DNA from: Tubiluchus corallicola
Lineage: Eukaryota > Animalia > Priapulida
Reading direction: 5' to 3'
DNA length: 64,000 bases
Assembly: GCA_030141605.1 (NCBI GenBank)
Contig: JAQGDQ010000964.1
Location: 1-64,000, forward strand
In this document: positions 52,301-64,000 of the stretch, one piece after another
Numbering within the stretch: the first letter of the stretch is position 1
Layout: every line of letters starts with the position of its first letter
Notes under the pieces: generated by a model
Seen by the model: the letters and a program-made list of their open reading frames with translations, nothing else
What the model was told of the DNA's origin: nothing
Database searches by the model: none
Position numbers and translations under genes: made by a program

Positions 52301-55300
52301 AATCAACGCAGGTTGACTCATCATGTGAACAACTTACTCAAATCAGCACGACAAGCATAAACTCACTGTGTGCCAATCAACACAGGTTGATTCAACATGT
52401 GAACAACTTACTCAAATCAGAACGACAAGCATAAACTCACTGAGTGCCAATCAACACAGGTTGACTCAACACGTGAACAACTTACTCAAATCAGCACGAC
52501 AAGCATAAACTCACTGAGTGCCAATCAACACAGGTTGACTCAACACGTGAACAACTTACTCAAATCAGCACGACGAGCATAAACTCACTGAGTGCCAATC
52601 AACACAGGTTGACTCAACACGTGAACAACTTACTCAAATCAGCACGACGAGCATAAACTCACTGAGTGCCAATCAACACACAGGTTGACTCAACACGTGA
52701 ACAACTTACTCAAATCAGCACGACAAGCATAAACTCACTGAGTGCTGATCAACACAGGTTGACTCAACACGTGAACAACTTACTCAAATCAGCACGACAA
52801 GCATAAACTCACTGAGTGCCGATCAACACAGGTTGACTCAACACGTGAACAACTACTCAAATCAGCACGACAAGCATAAACTCACTGAGTGGCAATCAAC
52901 ACAGGTTGACTCAACACGTGAACAACTTACTCAAATCAGCACGACAAGCATAAACTCACTGAGTGCCAATCAATGCAGGTTGACTCAACATGTGAACAAC
53001 TTACTCAAATCACCACGACAAGCATAAACTCACTGAGTGCCAATCAACACAGGTTGACTCAACATGTGAACAACTTACTCAAATCAGCACGACAAGCGTA
53101 AACTCACTGAGTGCCGATCAACACAGGTTGACTCAACATGTGAACAACTTACTCAAATCAGCACAAGCGTAAACTCACTGAGTGCCGATCAACACAGTTT
53201 GACTCAACATGTGAACAACTACTCAAATCAGCACGACAAGCATAAACTCACTGAGTGCCAATCAACACAGTTTGACTCAACATGTGAACAACTTACTCAA
53301 ACCAGCACGACAAGCATAAACTCACTGAGTGCCAATCAATGCAGGTTGACTCAACATGTGAACAACTAACTGAAATCACCACGACAAGCATAAACTCACT
53401 GAGTGCCAATCAACACAGGTTGATTCAACATGTGAACAACTTACTCAAATCAGCACGACAAGCATAAACTCACTGAGTGCCAATCAACACAGGTTGACTC
53501 ATCATGTGAACAACTTACTCAAATCAGCACGACAAGCATAAACTCACTGAGTGCCAATCAATGCAGGTTGACTCAACATGTGAACAACTTACTCAAATCA
53601 GCACGACAAGCATAAACTCACTGAGTGCCAATCAACACAGGTTGACTCAACATGTGAACAACTTACTCAAATCACCACGACAAGCATAAACTCACTGAGT
53701 GCCAATTAACGCAGGTTGATTCAACATGTGAACAACTTACTCAAATCACCATGACAAGCATAAACTCACTGAGTGCCAATCAACACAAGTTGATTCAACA
53801 TGTGAACAACTTACTCAAATCAGCACGACAAGCATAAACTCACTGAGTGCCAATCAACGCAGGTTGACTCATCATGTGAACAACTTACTCAAATCAGCAC
53901 GACAAGCATAAACTCACTGAGTGCCAATCAACACAGGTTGACTCAACATGTGAACAACTACTCAAATCAGCACGACAAGCATAAACTCACTGAGTGCCGA
54001 TCAACACAGTTTGACTCAACATGTGAACAACTACTCAAATCAGCACGACAAGCATAAACTCACTGAGTGCCAATCAACACAGTTTGACTCAACATGTGAA
54101 CAACTTACTCAAACCAGCACGACAAGCATAAACTCACTGAGTGCCAATCAATGCAGGTTGACTCAACATGTGAACAACTAACTCAAATCACCACGACAAG
54201 CATAAACTCACTGAGTGCCAATCAACACAGGTTGATTCAACATGTGAACAACTTACTCAAATCAGCACGACAAGCATAAACTCACTGAGTGCCAATCAAC
54301 ACAGGTTGACTCATCATGTGAACAACTTACTCAAATCAGCACGACAAGCATAAACTCACTGAGTGCCAATCAATGCAGGTTGACTCAACATGTGAACAAC
54401 TTACTCAAATCAGCACGACAAGCATAAACTCACTGAGTGCCAATCAACACAGGTTGACTCAACATGTGAACAACTTACTCAAATCACCACGACAAGCATA
54501 AACTCACTGAGTGCCAATTAACGCAGGTTGATTCAACATGTGAACAACTTACTCAAATCACCACGACAAGCATAAACTCACTGAGTGCCAATCAACACAA
54601 GTTGATTCAACATGTGAACAACTTACTCAAATCAGCACGACAAGCATAAACTCACTGAGTGCCAATCAACGCAGGTTGACTCATCATGTGAACAACTTAC
54701 TCAAATCAGCACGACAAGCATAAACTCACTGAGTGCCAATCAACACAGGTTGACTCAACATGTGAACAACTTACTCAAATCAGCACGACAAGCATAAACT
54801 CACTGAGTGCCAATCAACACAGGTTGACTCATCATGTGAACAACTTACTCAAATCAGCACGACAAGCATAAACTCACTGAGTGCCAATCAACGCAGGTTG
54901 ACTCAACATGTGAACAACTTACTCAAATCAGCACGACAAGCATAAACTCACTGAGTGCCAATCAACACAGGTTGACTCAATATGTGAACAACTTACTCAA
55001 ATCAGCACGACGAGCATAAACTCACTGAGTGCCAATCAACACAGGTTGACTCAATATGTGAACAACTTACTCAAATCAGCACGACGAGCATAAACTCACT
55101 GAGTGCCAATCAACACAGGTTGACTCAACATGTGAACAACTTACTCAAATCAGCACGACAAGCATAAACTCACTGAGTGCCAATCAACGCAGGTTGACTC
55201 AACATGTGAACAACTACTCAAATCAGCACGACAAGCATAAACTCACTGAGTGCCAATCAACGCAGGTAAGTGTTAAAGTTCTTCGTCTTTTCCCGCATCA

Positions 55301-57240
55301 GGGTAATGATTAACTCCTTACCTGGGGAATTTCTTTAGAAGCAGAACGTTTGAGCTTGAGCAGGCGGAGGTAGTGACTAGCCTTTTCCTCCCTAAATGAG
55401 ATCAGTTGTCAGTTTTTACAAGATGTAAATACAATTACTGAAAATGTGACAAATTTTTTTATAAACAAATATTTGAAATAACTGCCTTAGGCAAACAGCA
55501 AATAAATGTTCATCGTGTTGCCTCAGGCTGTGCAGTTAAACAGGAAAGACAAGTCTCTGATAAAATATATATAACTATTCCATTTTATTGTTAATTAAGA
55601 TAATTAAAATGGTTAGATGAACTCATATATAGCTGTGCCAGGTCAAATACGATGATGTTGTGTTCATAACTTAGTAAAAAACTACCAGAAAGAAAACTGA
55701 AATTTTTAATTGTGGATCAAACTTATTTATATTAAAAATTAATGTTTGTTTAGTATAGGTTTGTTAGTCATTCTTTCAGTTCTTCTCTACTAACAATATC
55801 CAAAGGCAATGGAGCAGATGAAAGATGCTTATAGCTGACTTAACGGCAATTATTTTGAAGATCTGTTTATAAATTCATGTACGTGGCGCCATCTGTGGCA
55901 GAAATGTAAACATTTTAGTTTCAAACCAGCTTTCAGCAATTACCTGCCTGTCACTTGCCTGTTTCTTACCTGTGCTGTAAACAGTCAAGTTAATCCACTC
56001 AACATGGAACATTTCTGGGCTGAATTTTGTTACAATAAAGTATTTCACTGGTATTAACTTCTGTTGAAAATGTTTCTGTCATTTACAATGCCTATGTGTG
56101 ACAGTTTTGACAAGTTATTTATTTGAAAAATTATCTATTCATAATCATAAATCCACGATTATTTACTAATGATTAAATTAACTCGCAATTATGAAATTTC
56201 AAACCAAACTTGTCAGAAAGAAAACAAAAGTGAAAAAACTTAGTTATTTCAGTAGTCATGGCACTCACCTTGTGAACGAAAGATGCCTAGTTCAAATCTG
56301 GACGCTCTCTCGATTTTTTCTCAATGTCTTTCTGTCTGACAAGATTGGTTTCAAAATTTGATAATAGAGGGTTTACTGCATTGTTATTTGAAAAACTGTT
56401 ATTTTTAAACTGTTGCATTTCGTTGTTGCTGATATCACTAGTTAAAACCAAACAGTTATTGATATTGGATCATATAATTTGTGTGCTTGCAAACCAAAAC
56501 CTTTGGCATAGTTAAACTACATTATGGCACTTCAAAGTAGAATAACCCAAAAAATGGGTCAAATGTCACTTTTTTGTTTCTTATAAAGACAAATGCTGAA
56601 TATGTCGCAGCAAAAAACAATGGCTGACTTTAACAGTGATTTTCATAAGGTTATGTTTTTCAGTGCACAGCCTGCGCCTCAACTTCAACGTGGATTATCT
56701 CAGCTTAGAAATAACATAGAGCGATGAACTTGGTATCAAAATGATCCTCATGAAATGGAGATTCAGCATATGTGAACAACTAAAAAAGCTTAACTACCGA
56801 CAATAGATAGCTCAGTACCATCATCATCTAGAACATCTAAAGTCACAACAGCAAATCAGAACTAAACTCAGCAGCACTCACAAACACAGAAACTCTTATG
56901 TTAAATTGTGATTAACTAAAAAACTAATGCATTAAATTGTGATTAACTAAATGAACAACACGTAGTACCATTCAGCTTTCTCGCCCTCGCCAGGAAAAGT
57001 TGCGGAGAATTCGAAGAACTTGAAGATGATGTAGTTGATGGGGAAAATGATGATGCTGGTCTCAATACCTAGAAGAAAATAGACCAGAACTGCACTGATT
57101 AACATTGAGTAACACAACTGCTTATACTTGATCAAAGTAGCTTTAAAGCAACATACAATAGTGGATAACAACAATGACAATGACAGCGACAGCAGCAGCA
57201 ACAACAACAACAGTAACAACAACAACAAGAACGACAACAA

Positions 57241-57302
<62 letters not shown>

Positions 57303-57317
57303 ACAACAGCACCAGCT

Positions 57318-57356
<39 letters not shown>

Positions 57357-60300
57357 TTAATAATAATAATAATCTTTATTTAAAGTCATCTTTCGGATGA
57401 ACAATTAACATATGCTCCAAAGAGCTATTATCACCGACTGTAAATGACATCTACAACATCATAACAGAGCTATTATTACCCCACTTTTACCCTAAATACC
57501 AGGCACCGGGCAGGGCAAGAGCAGGTACCATTTTTAAAATCTTTGGTATGACCCGTCCGCAGTATGGAATTCACAATCTCCCGGACAGAAAGCGGATGAA
57601 TATACCATCCAGTAAAGCTGGTAAGTCTGCGACAAAACACCCCCCCCCCCCACAGCTATGAAAACTGACCACATTTCTATCCAGTTCAAGGATCAAACAG
57701 ACAATTTGATCAATAGGTTTCTCCAGGATTATAATAAGCACACATTTACAACTTATACCAATAATTGGCAGAAAAGTAGTTTGTTATTTACTTTATATAC
57801 TAACGTACATAAAGAGAGTAGAATCAGACACAAAAATGGCTGTCAACAATGCTGGAATCAAGTAAGCAATAATTATAAATATAATCGTCTCACCTACCTA
57901 TAGCTATTTGAGCCCAGTTAATCGTTACGTCTCCCACTTCATATTGATCGGCCGGATCGTCGGTAGGGATTCCGTAAAACATGAGATTAGTCAACATTTC
58001 CAACAGTAGTATACATAATGCACAAGACAACCTCTGGAAAGATAATGCACTTAAATGACATCAGTGCTATTCTAATCAGAAAAGGCAAAATCATTAAAAA
58101 TCAACTTAACTCACACAATGAGATATAGTACCTTTAACTCCTTCAGGACCGCACCAGTCAAAATAGATCTTATAAGACCTGTGACTTTTCTGCTACTGTA
58201 CGAGCACAGACATAACTAAATGATTACAAACTAGGTACTGTTCCATTCAGGTGAATCACAGATATTCAATCATGCAATTTACTTAAACATCTATGTGATT
58301 GAATTGCATAAAATTAAGAAAAACGCGCCCTCTTCACCACTTCAACTTAGCCTATTGAGTAGCTTAGTCTGGTGCGCACTTGCGTGATCGTACACATTAA
58401 TTTATTGATCGCCTGCTTGCTACAGCCCAAGCTGTACAGTGTTCTGCTGCTATTCCAGGAAAAACCAACTGATCAGCCAAGGAGAAATTAAGGTTGTTTC
58501 ATCTTTTAATAAGAATTTCTCTTTAAAAATAGAGTAGATTTGAGGCTAAAGTGTATCAGAGTGTTGTGTCTGCATAGTTAAAATTTTCTGCATTAACCGA
58601 TTTCACACAAGTGATGCTGTACTTTGTTACAGCTAGTGCAAATACTGCAGTTACTAAAAGCTTTTTTTCAATTTATTCGTCAAAAATTGGTTTCCAATTT
58701 TTCTAAGGTAAGCAAATGTATTTAATATATAATTTGCATGAAAATCCATTGTGTGAGGAGTAGGAACCTTCAAAAATTAACAAATATAACGTAATCGCTG
58801 CTTAGTGAGAGCAGCTTTTCAAGAACCCATGCAAAATGCAGCACGTTTATGGTCATCGAAGGATTAAAAAGACACCACAGTAGTACGTCTCATTTTATAT
58901 ACACCACTCTAGTAGTAGAAACCATTTTTCTGCACGGCACGGAGATAAAGTAACAATACTACTTGCTCCAAAAAATTAAAATAAGTTTCTAAATACTGAG
59001 TATGAAAGATGGTAAGCGGTAAGCCAGAATTAAAACAACAGTTAAACTAGGAGCTACTTTTTGCTAAAAAAACGGACAGCAAAAGGTTGGGAATAAGTCA
59101 GAATATGAAATCAAAACCTTTCTTAGCACACTGTCATTGTTTACTCATGCCAGATAACTGGTGAATTAATTAACTTACTTTAATCACTAGCTAATCAGTG
59201 TTGAGCCTGAAAAATGCAAAAGTTCTCCAAAAGCCATTTAACTTATACCATTTCTTCCAAATACTTACTTAAAGCAATACACTTGCTTATAAGAAAGTTG
59301 ACAATTTTCAAAGACGTCTCTATAGAAAACAACTCAATATAAAATGGTCTGACAGAATATCCAATGATGATCTGTATGATGTGGTAAAGAAGAATCCTTG
59401 GAATAAACAAATACAAGTAAGAAGATTGCATTGGACTGGGCATGCACTAAGATTAAATGGTCTGACAGAATATCCAATGATGACCTGCATGATGTGGTCA
59501 AGAAGAATCCTTGAAGTAAACAAATACAAGTAAGAAGATTGCATTGGATTAGGCATACACTAAGATTAAATGGTCTGACAGAATATCCAATGATGACCTG
59601 TATGATGTGATCAAGAAGAATCCCTGAAGTAAACAAATACAAGTAAGAAGATTGCATTGGATTGAGCATGCACTAAGATTAAATGGTCTGACAGAATATC
59701 CAATGATGACCTGTATGATGTGATCAAGAAGAATCCCTGAAGTAAACAAATACAAGTAAGAAGATTGCATTGGATTGAGCATGCACTAAGATTAAATGGT
59801 CTGACAGAATATCCAATGATGACCTGTATGATGTGATCAAGAAGAATCCCTGAAGTAAACAAATACAAGTAAGAAGATTGCATTGGATTGAGCATGCACT
59901 AAGATTAAATGGTCTGACAGAATATCTAATGATGACCTGTGGTCAAGAAGAATCTTAAACAAATACAAGTAAGAAGATTGCATTGGATTGAGCATGCACT
60001 AAGATTAAATGGTCTGACAGAATATCCAATGATGACCTGTATGATGTGGTCAAGAAGAATCCTTGGAGTAAACAAATACAAGTAAGAAGATTGCATTGGA
60101 TTAGGCATACACTAAGATTAAGTGGTCTGACAGAATATCCAATGATGATCTGTATGATGTGGTCAAGAAGAATCCTTGGAGTAAACAAATACAAGTAAGA
60201 AGATTGCATTGGACTGGGCATGCACTAAGATTACCTCAAGAGTCTCCTCTTCGTATGATGTTATGATGATGATGATTATGATGATGACGATGACGATGAT

Positions 60301-61453
60301 GATACGTATAATGTGGTCAAGAAGAATCTTTGGAATAAACAAATACAAGTAAGAAGGTTGCATTGGACTGGGCATGCACTAAGATTACCTCAAGAGTCTC
60401 CTCTTCGTATGATGTTATGATGATGATGATTATGATGATGACGATGACGATGATGATACGTATAATGTGGTCAAGAAGAATCTTTGGAATAAACAAATAC
60501 AAGTAAGAAGGTTGCATTGGACTGGGCATGCACTAAGATTATCTCAAGAGTCTCCTCTTCCTACAGCATTACGTAAAAGTCTTGAAACAACAAAAAACCA
60601 AGAGGGTGGCCCAGCTACTGACGTATATAGATTTACTACAAAAAGATTTAGCAAATACAACTCTAGGTTTGAGGGCTGATGCTTCGTGGGTGGTGGGGGT
60701 GGACAGGAATGCGTGGCAACAACAGGCGGGACGTGCCTTGTTTTTTAGAATGTAGCAGGAGCGATACAAAGACGAAGACGTGCTTATAAACAAAGCACCC
60801 ATACTACTTTCAATCACGCAAACAATGTGATCTTACATACAACAATGAAATAACAAACCTGTGTCCTGCTAAAAGCCGTCTGAGGAGTGCGCCAAAAGAT
60901 GCTGGCCCACAAATGATTGTCTCTGATCTCACCAACGACTTTGTGAGTGAACAAATGACGAAATTCCTAAAACATTAAGCACATTTTAGCTTCAAATTAA
61001 TGCACTGCTGGTTTTAACCTAAGAATGACGTTAACGTTGCAAATGCAGAGCAGCAAATAGCAAATTTTCACATTAATGCAAACAAAAAAAGTAATAAAGT
61101 TTTACTGTTTACGATGCAAACAAAATAACCAAGATGTTACTTTAGCTGTTAGCAGTGAGTAAATGCATACATTTTGCACGTACGTGTCCAGTAATAGCAG
61201 TGACTAAATTCATACACTTTGTACATGTGACCAATAATGACATTTATGAAAAAAATTGCTAACGAAATCTAGTAATTTACACAGGCATTTGTTCCAACAG
61301 TAGAAATATATTTACATTCTGTTGTGTTAGGACTCCAGCCAAAACGATGTACAAACAGAAGCAGAGGTTATGACTGACAGCAACAGAGACTAAATTAAGG
61401 CAGTCAGATTTTAGAAAATAGGTAGTGGAAGTTGAACAATGCATGTCAATTGT

Positions 61454-61510
<57 letters not shown>

Positions 61511-61555
61511 GTAGTAATAGTAATAATAATAATAATAATAATAGTAGTAGTAGTA

Positions 61556-61647
<92 letters not shown>

Positions 61648-63537
61648 CTTTTATTTATCTTTTAACACCCGCACAGTTATAATACAATTAATTTGGCAAC
61701 AAAAATGTGAAGAACGGGCAACGAACGACCAATTGGGGTCATCTAGTCAGCTGCCCTTTGGTTAGTGATGAACATTTTTTATAGGCGCTATGCTACAGTG
61801 AATTAGTGTTAGTACTGCTTATAATAAAAATTAAATTGTTAGGAATGACATTAAATTGATATGCTTATAACGTGTTAGTACAATTCATAAACAGTAATAA
61901 TAAGTGCATAATAATAATAATAAAAATAATCAAACTGAAAATAACTGAAATAAGAACTGAAATAAAAATCTGACAACAGAAACGTAATAACAATGGCAAC
62001 TGAAATGTATAATGGAGTCATAATATATCATAATAATGTACAATGAACAAAATGTACAATGTACAATAATGAACAAAAAATTGGTCAAACGGTCACAGGC
62101 CAATAACGTAAATGATTGCTTACTACTCTGTGGAACAATGGTTGTTTTATGTCTCTAACAAAAGAGTAGGCGTAGAAACTCATGGGATGTTTACAAAATG
62201 ATACGTGTGCTTGCAAACCAAAACCATCCATAAGTTGGCATAGTTAAAACTACGTTGTGATGTTTCAAAGTAAAATGCATCAAAAATTTGGTCAAAAACA
62301 TTTTTCGTATTTTATAAAAAGCAATGCTAAATATGCAGTACTTTTATATGCTAGCATCAAATTCTCAAGAAATTGTTCAAAATACACGAAAAATTTAATT
62401 TTATAATCAGTTACCCACTTTTCTGTCTAGAAACTTGCAATGCAATTGTAAAAAACTCCTATATTTAAAGTCCGATGGAAGCAGTCATTTTGCTTCGTTT
62501 TTTTTTCTGTTGCCAAGCCCAGATCTTCATCAGAAAGAGCCATCTACTGGCCTAGTGGATTCAAACTTAACTTCAATGTCTTCTTGCAAAGTCCATGGCA
62601 ACCAACGTACGTACGGTTGCTAAGTGTTTTGTAGGAATGCGATGATTTTCTCAAGATTATGTTTTTCAGTGAGCAGCGTGCACCTCAAATTCAACATGAA
62701 TTATCTCAGCTTAGAAATAACATAGAGTGATGAGCTTAGGATCAAAAGAATGCTCATGAAATGGAGATTCAGGATACGTGAATAACTAGAAAAGCTTAAT
62801 TGCCGACTTATGGACGATTTTCCTATGCAAGCACACATTTAAGAAATCACATAAGTTGTTTTGCTGCTTTGCACATAGCTAAAAGTGTGTTTGCATCGAG
62901 AGTGTTTGGATTACCCGTAAAAAAAACAGTTGCTGTTTACTGAAAATAAGTTGAAACATGAAACGAGTAATACATTCTAACACTTCTAACAGAAACTGTT
63001 AAACAATGCTGATGTACCTACCACTAGTTGTGCTGCAGTTGCAGGAAACAATGTACAATTAACAGTTTGTGGACCCCGATCAACAGCCAGCCAATCGTTA
63101 TAGATGAAGAACCAGACTTGATCAGTTTGAATGTCTCTCACCACGACTTGAATCAAAAACCTACGATGCACCAATGTCTTATTGTATCATTTGTAAAAAT
63201 TATTAGCATTTTTAACTTAAAGTACGGGTACATTTCACGTTTATTGACAAAGATACAGTTCTAAAGCTTCCCGTCAAAGCCAGACCCTCACAGTTTATCA
63301 ACACCTCATTAAAGCTAAAAACCTAACTAATCAAAAATTTGTATACTTTTCCTTTAATTATTTACAAGAATTATTACCAGGACGGATTTTTTCCTGCACA
63401 GTCATGCCAGACATCGAGAGACATAAGGTTGCCAAGAGACGCTCTCGTCGTCATGACGAACCAATCCTGAGCTCCGCGATCTCTGAGAGGTCGATGTTTG
63501 TCCACTAGCAAAGTTGGCAAGCTGCTACCATCCTCTC
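36246..63537 (-). CDS. Polycystin-1-like protein (PKD1L/PKDREJ family), 3' part of about 1040 aa: PLAT domain, transmembrane region, TOP domain and channel-like S1-S6. The 5' exons lie beyond the window.
   Basis: Twelve phase-compatible exons: 63378-63537, 63022-63160, 60859-60966, 57898-58033, 56969-57068, 55322-55391, 46658-47394, 45102-45272, 42893-42968, 41444-41609, 39124-39306, 36246-37324. Family motifs: LGNLMSLDVWHDCAGKNPSWFL, NDWLAVDRG, DNHLWASIFWRTPQTAFSRTQRLSC, PWWCVYIAW, LRLRQLRI, YSGGGY, WIDDRTRAIMIEFTLFNSNTNLF. Confidence 0.92.
37600..37765 (+). repeat. Degenerate interstitial TTAGGG-like repeat
   Basis: gttagggttacgattagggcctggttagggtt variants. Confidence 0.75.
37869..38351 (-). 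mobile_element. hAT-type MITE (CAGTGGCGG family), reverse copy
   Basis: Reverse-complement similarity to 9102-9595 across its length. Confidence 0.75.
38570..38993. mobile_element. hAT-type MITE
   Basis: TIRs CAGTGGCGTCGTGC/GCACGACGCCCCTG; perfect 8-bp TSD gttataga. Confidence 0.85.
39124..39306 (-). CDS. PKD1-like internal exon (TOP domain, C...C..YSWSAED...GW)
   Basis: Acceptor ttttacag at 39307; donor G|GTATCC; phase 1/1. Confidence 0.85.
39447..39824. mobile_element. Tc1/mariner(pogo)-type MITE
   Basis: ta-CAGTAAACTCCGCGTAACTC ... GAGTTATGCGGAGTTTACGG-ta. Confidence 0.75.
40155..40664. mobile_element. Tc1/mariner(pogo)-type MITE, inverted relative to the 39447 copy
   Basis: ta-CAGTAAACTCCGCATAATTC ... 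GAGTTACGCGGAGTTTACCG-ta; the interior is the reverse complement of the 39447 copy. Confidence 0.75.
41444..41609 (-). CDS. PKD1-like internal exon (TOP domain, MWDYISNTLEPSLY...LRLRQLRIKP)
   Basis: Acceptor attttag at 41610; donor G|GTGTGA; phase 0/1. Confidence 0.9.
41640..42870. repeat. 120-bp satellite built from three 40-bp subunits
   Basis: Exact 120-bp periodicity from 41881 to 42620; diverged 40-mers on the flank. Confidence 0.92.
42893..42968 (-). CDS. PKD1-like internal exon (SYLVTGTVEDLVIKANYYGNTTYTQ)
   Basis: Acceptor attttcag at 42969; donor CAG|GTACAC; phase 2/0 fits both neighbours. Confidence 0.78.
43026..43492. mobile_element. TA-flanked MITE
   Basis: ta-CAGTCAACCTCGGGTATAAGG ... 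CCTTATATCCGAGGTTGACTG-ta. Confidence 0.78.
44365..44441 (+). ncRNA. Twister ribozyme (P1 type), 3' cleavage-product portion, at the 5' end of an RTE retroelement
   Basis: AA-CCTA-GC-[CACTG...CAGTG hairpin]-CCGG-TCCCAAGC-CCGG-ATAAA-TAGG-GAGGG. P2 is CCTA/TAGG, P4 is CCGG/CCGG, and the L4 and GAGGG pseudoknot elements match the eukaryotic twister core recalled from the rice Osa-1-4 ribozyme. Confidence 0.85.
44365..44864 (+). mobile_element. 500-bp internally deleted (non-autonomous) RTE-clade non-LTR retroelement
   Basis: 17-bp TSD atgtatagaag(a/g)gtgga at 44348-44364 and 44865-44881; (GAA)n tail; relic RTE C-terminal peptide (LKGKVRKEVVRP..., EMRMLRWMVGITRRDKIRNNNIRGT); twister-bearing 5' end. 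Confidence 0.88.
45102..45272 (-). CDS. PKD1-like internal exon (YRPP motif and TM6/S1), GC donor
   Basis: Acceptor tttttttcag at 45273; donor AG|GCAAGT; phase 2/2. Confidence 0.82.
46658..47394 (-). CDS. PKD1-like large internal exon (charged loop and TM3-TM5)
   Basis: Acceptor ttttcattgtag at 47395; donor AG|GTTTGT; FPWWCVYIAW and EPIKV motifs. Confidence 0.9.
47572..48269. mobile_element. TA-flanked MITE; a second partial copy lies at about 46100-46525
   Basis: TIRs CAGTAAGTCCTCGCATAAC / GTTAAGCGAAGACTTACTG; the interior is shared with 46100-46525. Confidence 0.7.
48509..49688 (+). mobile_element. hAT-type MITE (CAGTGGCGG family) with an internal 74-bp tandem amplification
   Basis: Same ends and body as 9102-9595; about 10 near-identical 74-bp units at 48585-49325. 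Confidence 0.82.
49891..55265. repeat. 5.4-kb intronic satellite, 74-bp monomer (about 72 copies), with higher-order block duplications
   Basis: Unit aacaacttactcaaatcagcacgacaagcataaactcactgagtgccaatcaacacaggttgactcaacacgtg; variant runs recur at offsets of about 1554 and 812 bp. Confidence 0.95.
55322..55391 (-). CDS. PKD1-like internal exon (EEKASHYLRLLKLKRSASKEIPQ)
   Basis: Acceptor catttag at 55392; donor CAG|GTAAGG; phase 2/0 bridges the flanking exons. Confidence 0.72.
56969..57068 (-). CDS. PKD1-like internal exon (TM2: IETSIIIFPINYIIFKFF)
   Basis: Acceptor ttttcttctag at 57069; donor TG|GTACTA; phase 1/2. Confidence 0.82.
57167..57373. repeat. (CAA/CAG)n-(AAT)n microsatellite
   Basis: Direct reading. 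Confidence 0.93.
57375..57615 (-). mobile_element. tRNA-derived SINE with a Meta-like core domain
   Basis: The minus strand reads a degenerate tRNA-like head, then GGTCATACCAAAGATTTTAAAAATGGTACCTGCTCTTGCCCTGCCCGGTGC (resembles the MetaSINE core as recalled), then a simple-repeat tail. Confidence 0.6.
57898..58033 (-). CDS. PKD1-like internal exon (RLSCALCILLLEMLTNLMFYG...)
   Basis: Acceptor ctttccag at 58034; donor G|GTAGGT; phase 0/1. Confidence 0.88.
59335..60760 (+). repeat. 113-bp and 154-bp tandem repeats derived from an RTE-like LINE 3' coding region, followed by the LINE remnant
   Basis: The unit translates as KWSDRISNDDLYDVVKKNPWSKQIQVRRLHWTGHALRL and continues into unique LINE sequence at 60540-60760. 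Confidence 0.8.
60859..60966 (-). CDS. PKD1-like internal exon (DNHLWASIF...FSRTQ)
   Basis: Acceptor gttttag at 60967; donor CAG|GTTTGT; phase 0/0. Confidence 0.88.
61455..61648. repeat. (AAT/AGT)n microsatellite
   Basis: Direct reading. Confidence 0.95.
63022..63160 (-). CDS. PKD1-like internal exon (PLAT C-terminal half)
   Basis: Encodes FLIQVVVRDIQTDQVWFFIYNDWLAVDRG; acceptor tag at 63161; donor GTG|GTAGGT. Confidence 0.88.
63378..63537 (-). CDS. PKD1-like internal exon (PLAT core)
   Basis: Encodes RGAQDWFVMTTRASLGNLMSLDVWHDCAGKNPSW; acceptor cttgcttcag at 63538; donor TG|GTAATA. Confidence 0.88.
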
Positions 63538-63671
63538 CTGAAGCAAGAAGAAAAACAATCAGAAATGAAACGAAAAACTCCTAAGCGTTTCAAATTTAAT
63601 TGCTAATTTGGGGTTTAATTGATTTTTATCTGTCATCTCTTCATTACAATTAAATTTGACTAGCAAGACTG

Positions 63672-63874
63672 ACACACACATGCACACACACACACATATA
63701 TACGAGCACACACACACACATGCACGCACTCACATATACGAGCACACACACACACATGCACACACACACACATATATACGAGCACACACACATGCACACA
63801 CACACACACACATGCACACACACACACATATATACGAGCACACACACATGCACACACACACACACATATATACG

Positions 63875-63908
<34 letters not shown>

Positions 63909-64000
63909 CACACACACACACATATATACGAGCACACACACATGCACACACACACACACATGCACACACACACACACATATATACGAGCACACACACACA
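63672..64000. repeat. (CA)n-based minisatellite with catg and tatatacgag interruptions
   Basis: Direct reading. Confidence 0.93.

Noticed and set aside
55258-55275. Perfect plus-strand donor CAG|GTAAGT at the end of the 74-bp satellite
   Set aside because: No supporting acceptor, ORF or promoter; likely a chance junction.
56240-56340. Candidate PKD1-like exon with an AAG|GTGAGT donor
   Set aside because: Stops in all frames tested; looks like a degenerate tRNA-derived repeat; the flanking exons join in phase without it.

Overview
AT-rich, repeat-dense animal genomic DNA with spliceosomal introns, TTAGGG-like tracts, MITEs and LINE/SINE relics. A non-arthropod invertebrate is likely, but the taxon cannot be fixed from this window. 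Three gene blocks can be reconstructed by hand. (1) Two tandem minus-strand genes for secreted proteins: a 102-aa Arg/His/Tyr-rich protein (CDS 2300-4686) and a 231-aa Gly/Tyr-repeat protein (CDS 10064-12002). They have the same exon layout and share an ungapped motif, P-x2-GYYG-x6-P-x6-GRPAF-x-P, that I do not recognise. (2) An intronless class A GPCR cluster on the plus strand: one transposon-disrupted pseudogene and two 363-aa paralogs (22092-23183, 25595-26686). Their ORFs look homogenised by gene conversion except at ligand-pocket positions. (3) The last 12 coding exons (about 1040 aa, PLAT domain to C-terminus) of a polycystin-1-like gene on the minus strand (36246-63537), including one GC-AG intron. 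That intron holds a 500-bp non-autonomous RTE element whose 5' end is a twister ribozyme truncated at its cleavage site. Other introns hold several satellites, some derived from transposons. Most remaining ORFs in the track are microsatellite or satellite artefacts. All coordinates and alignments were read by eye; no searches were run.
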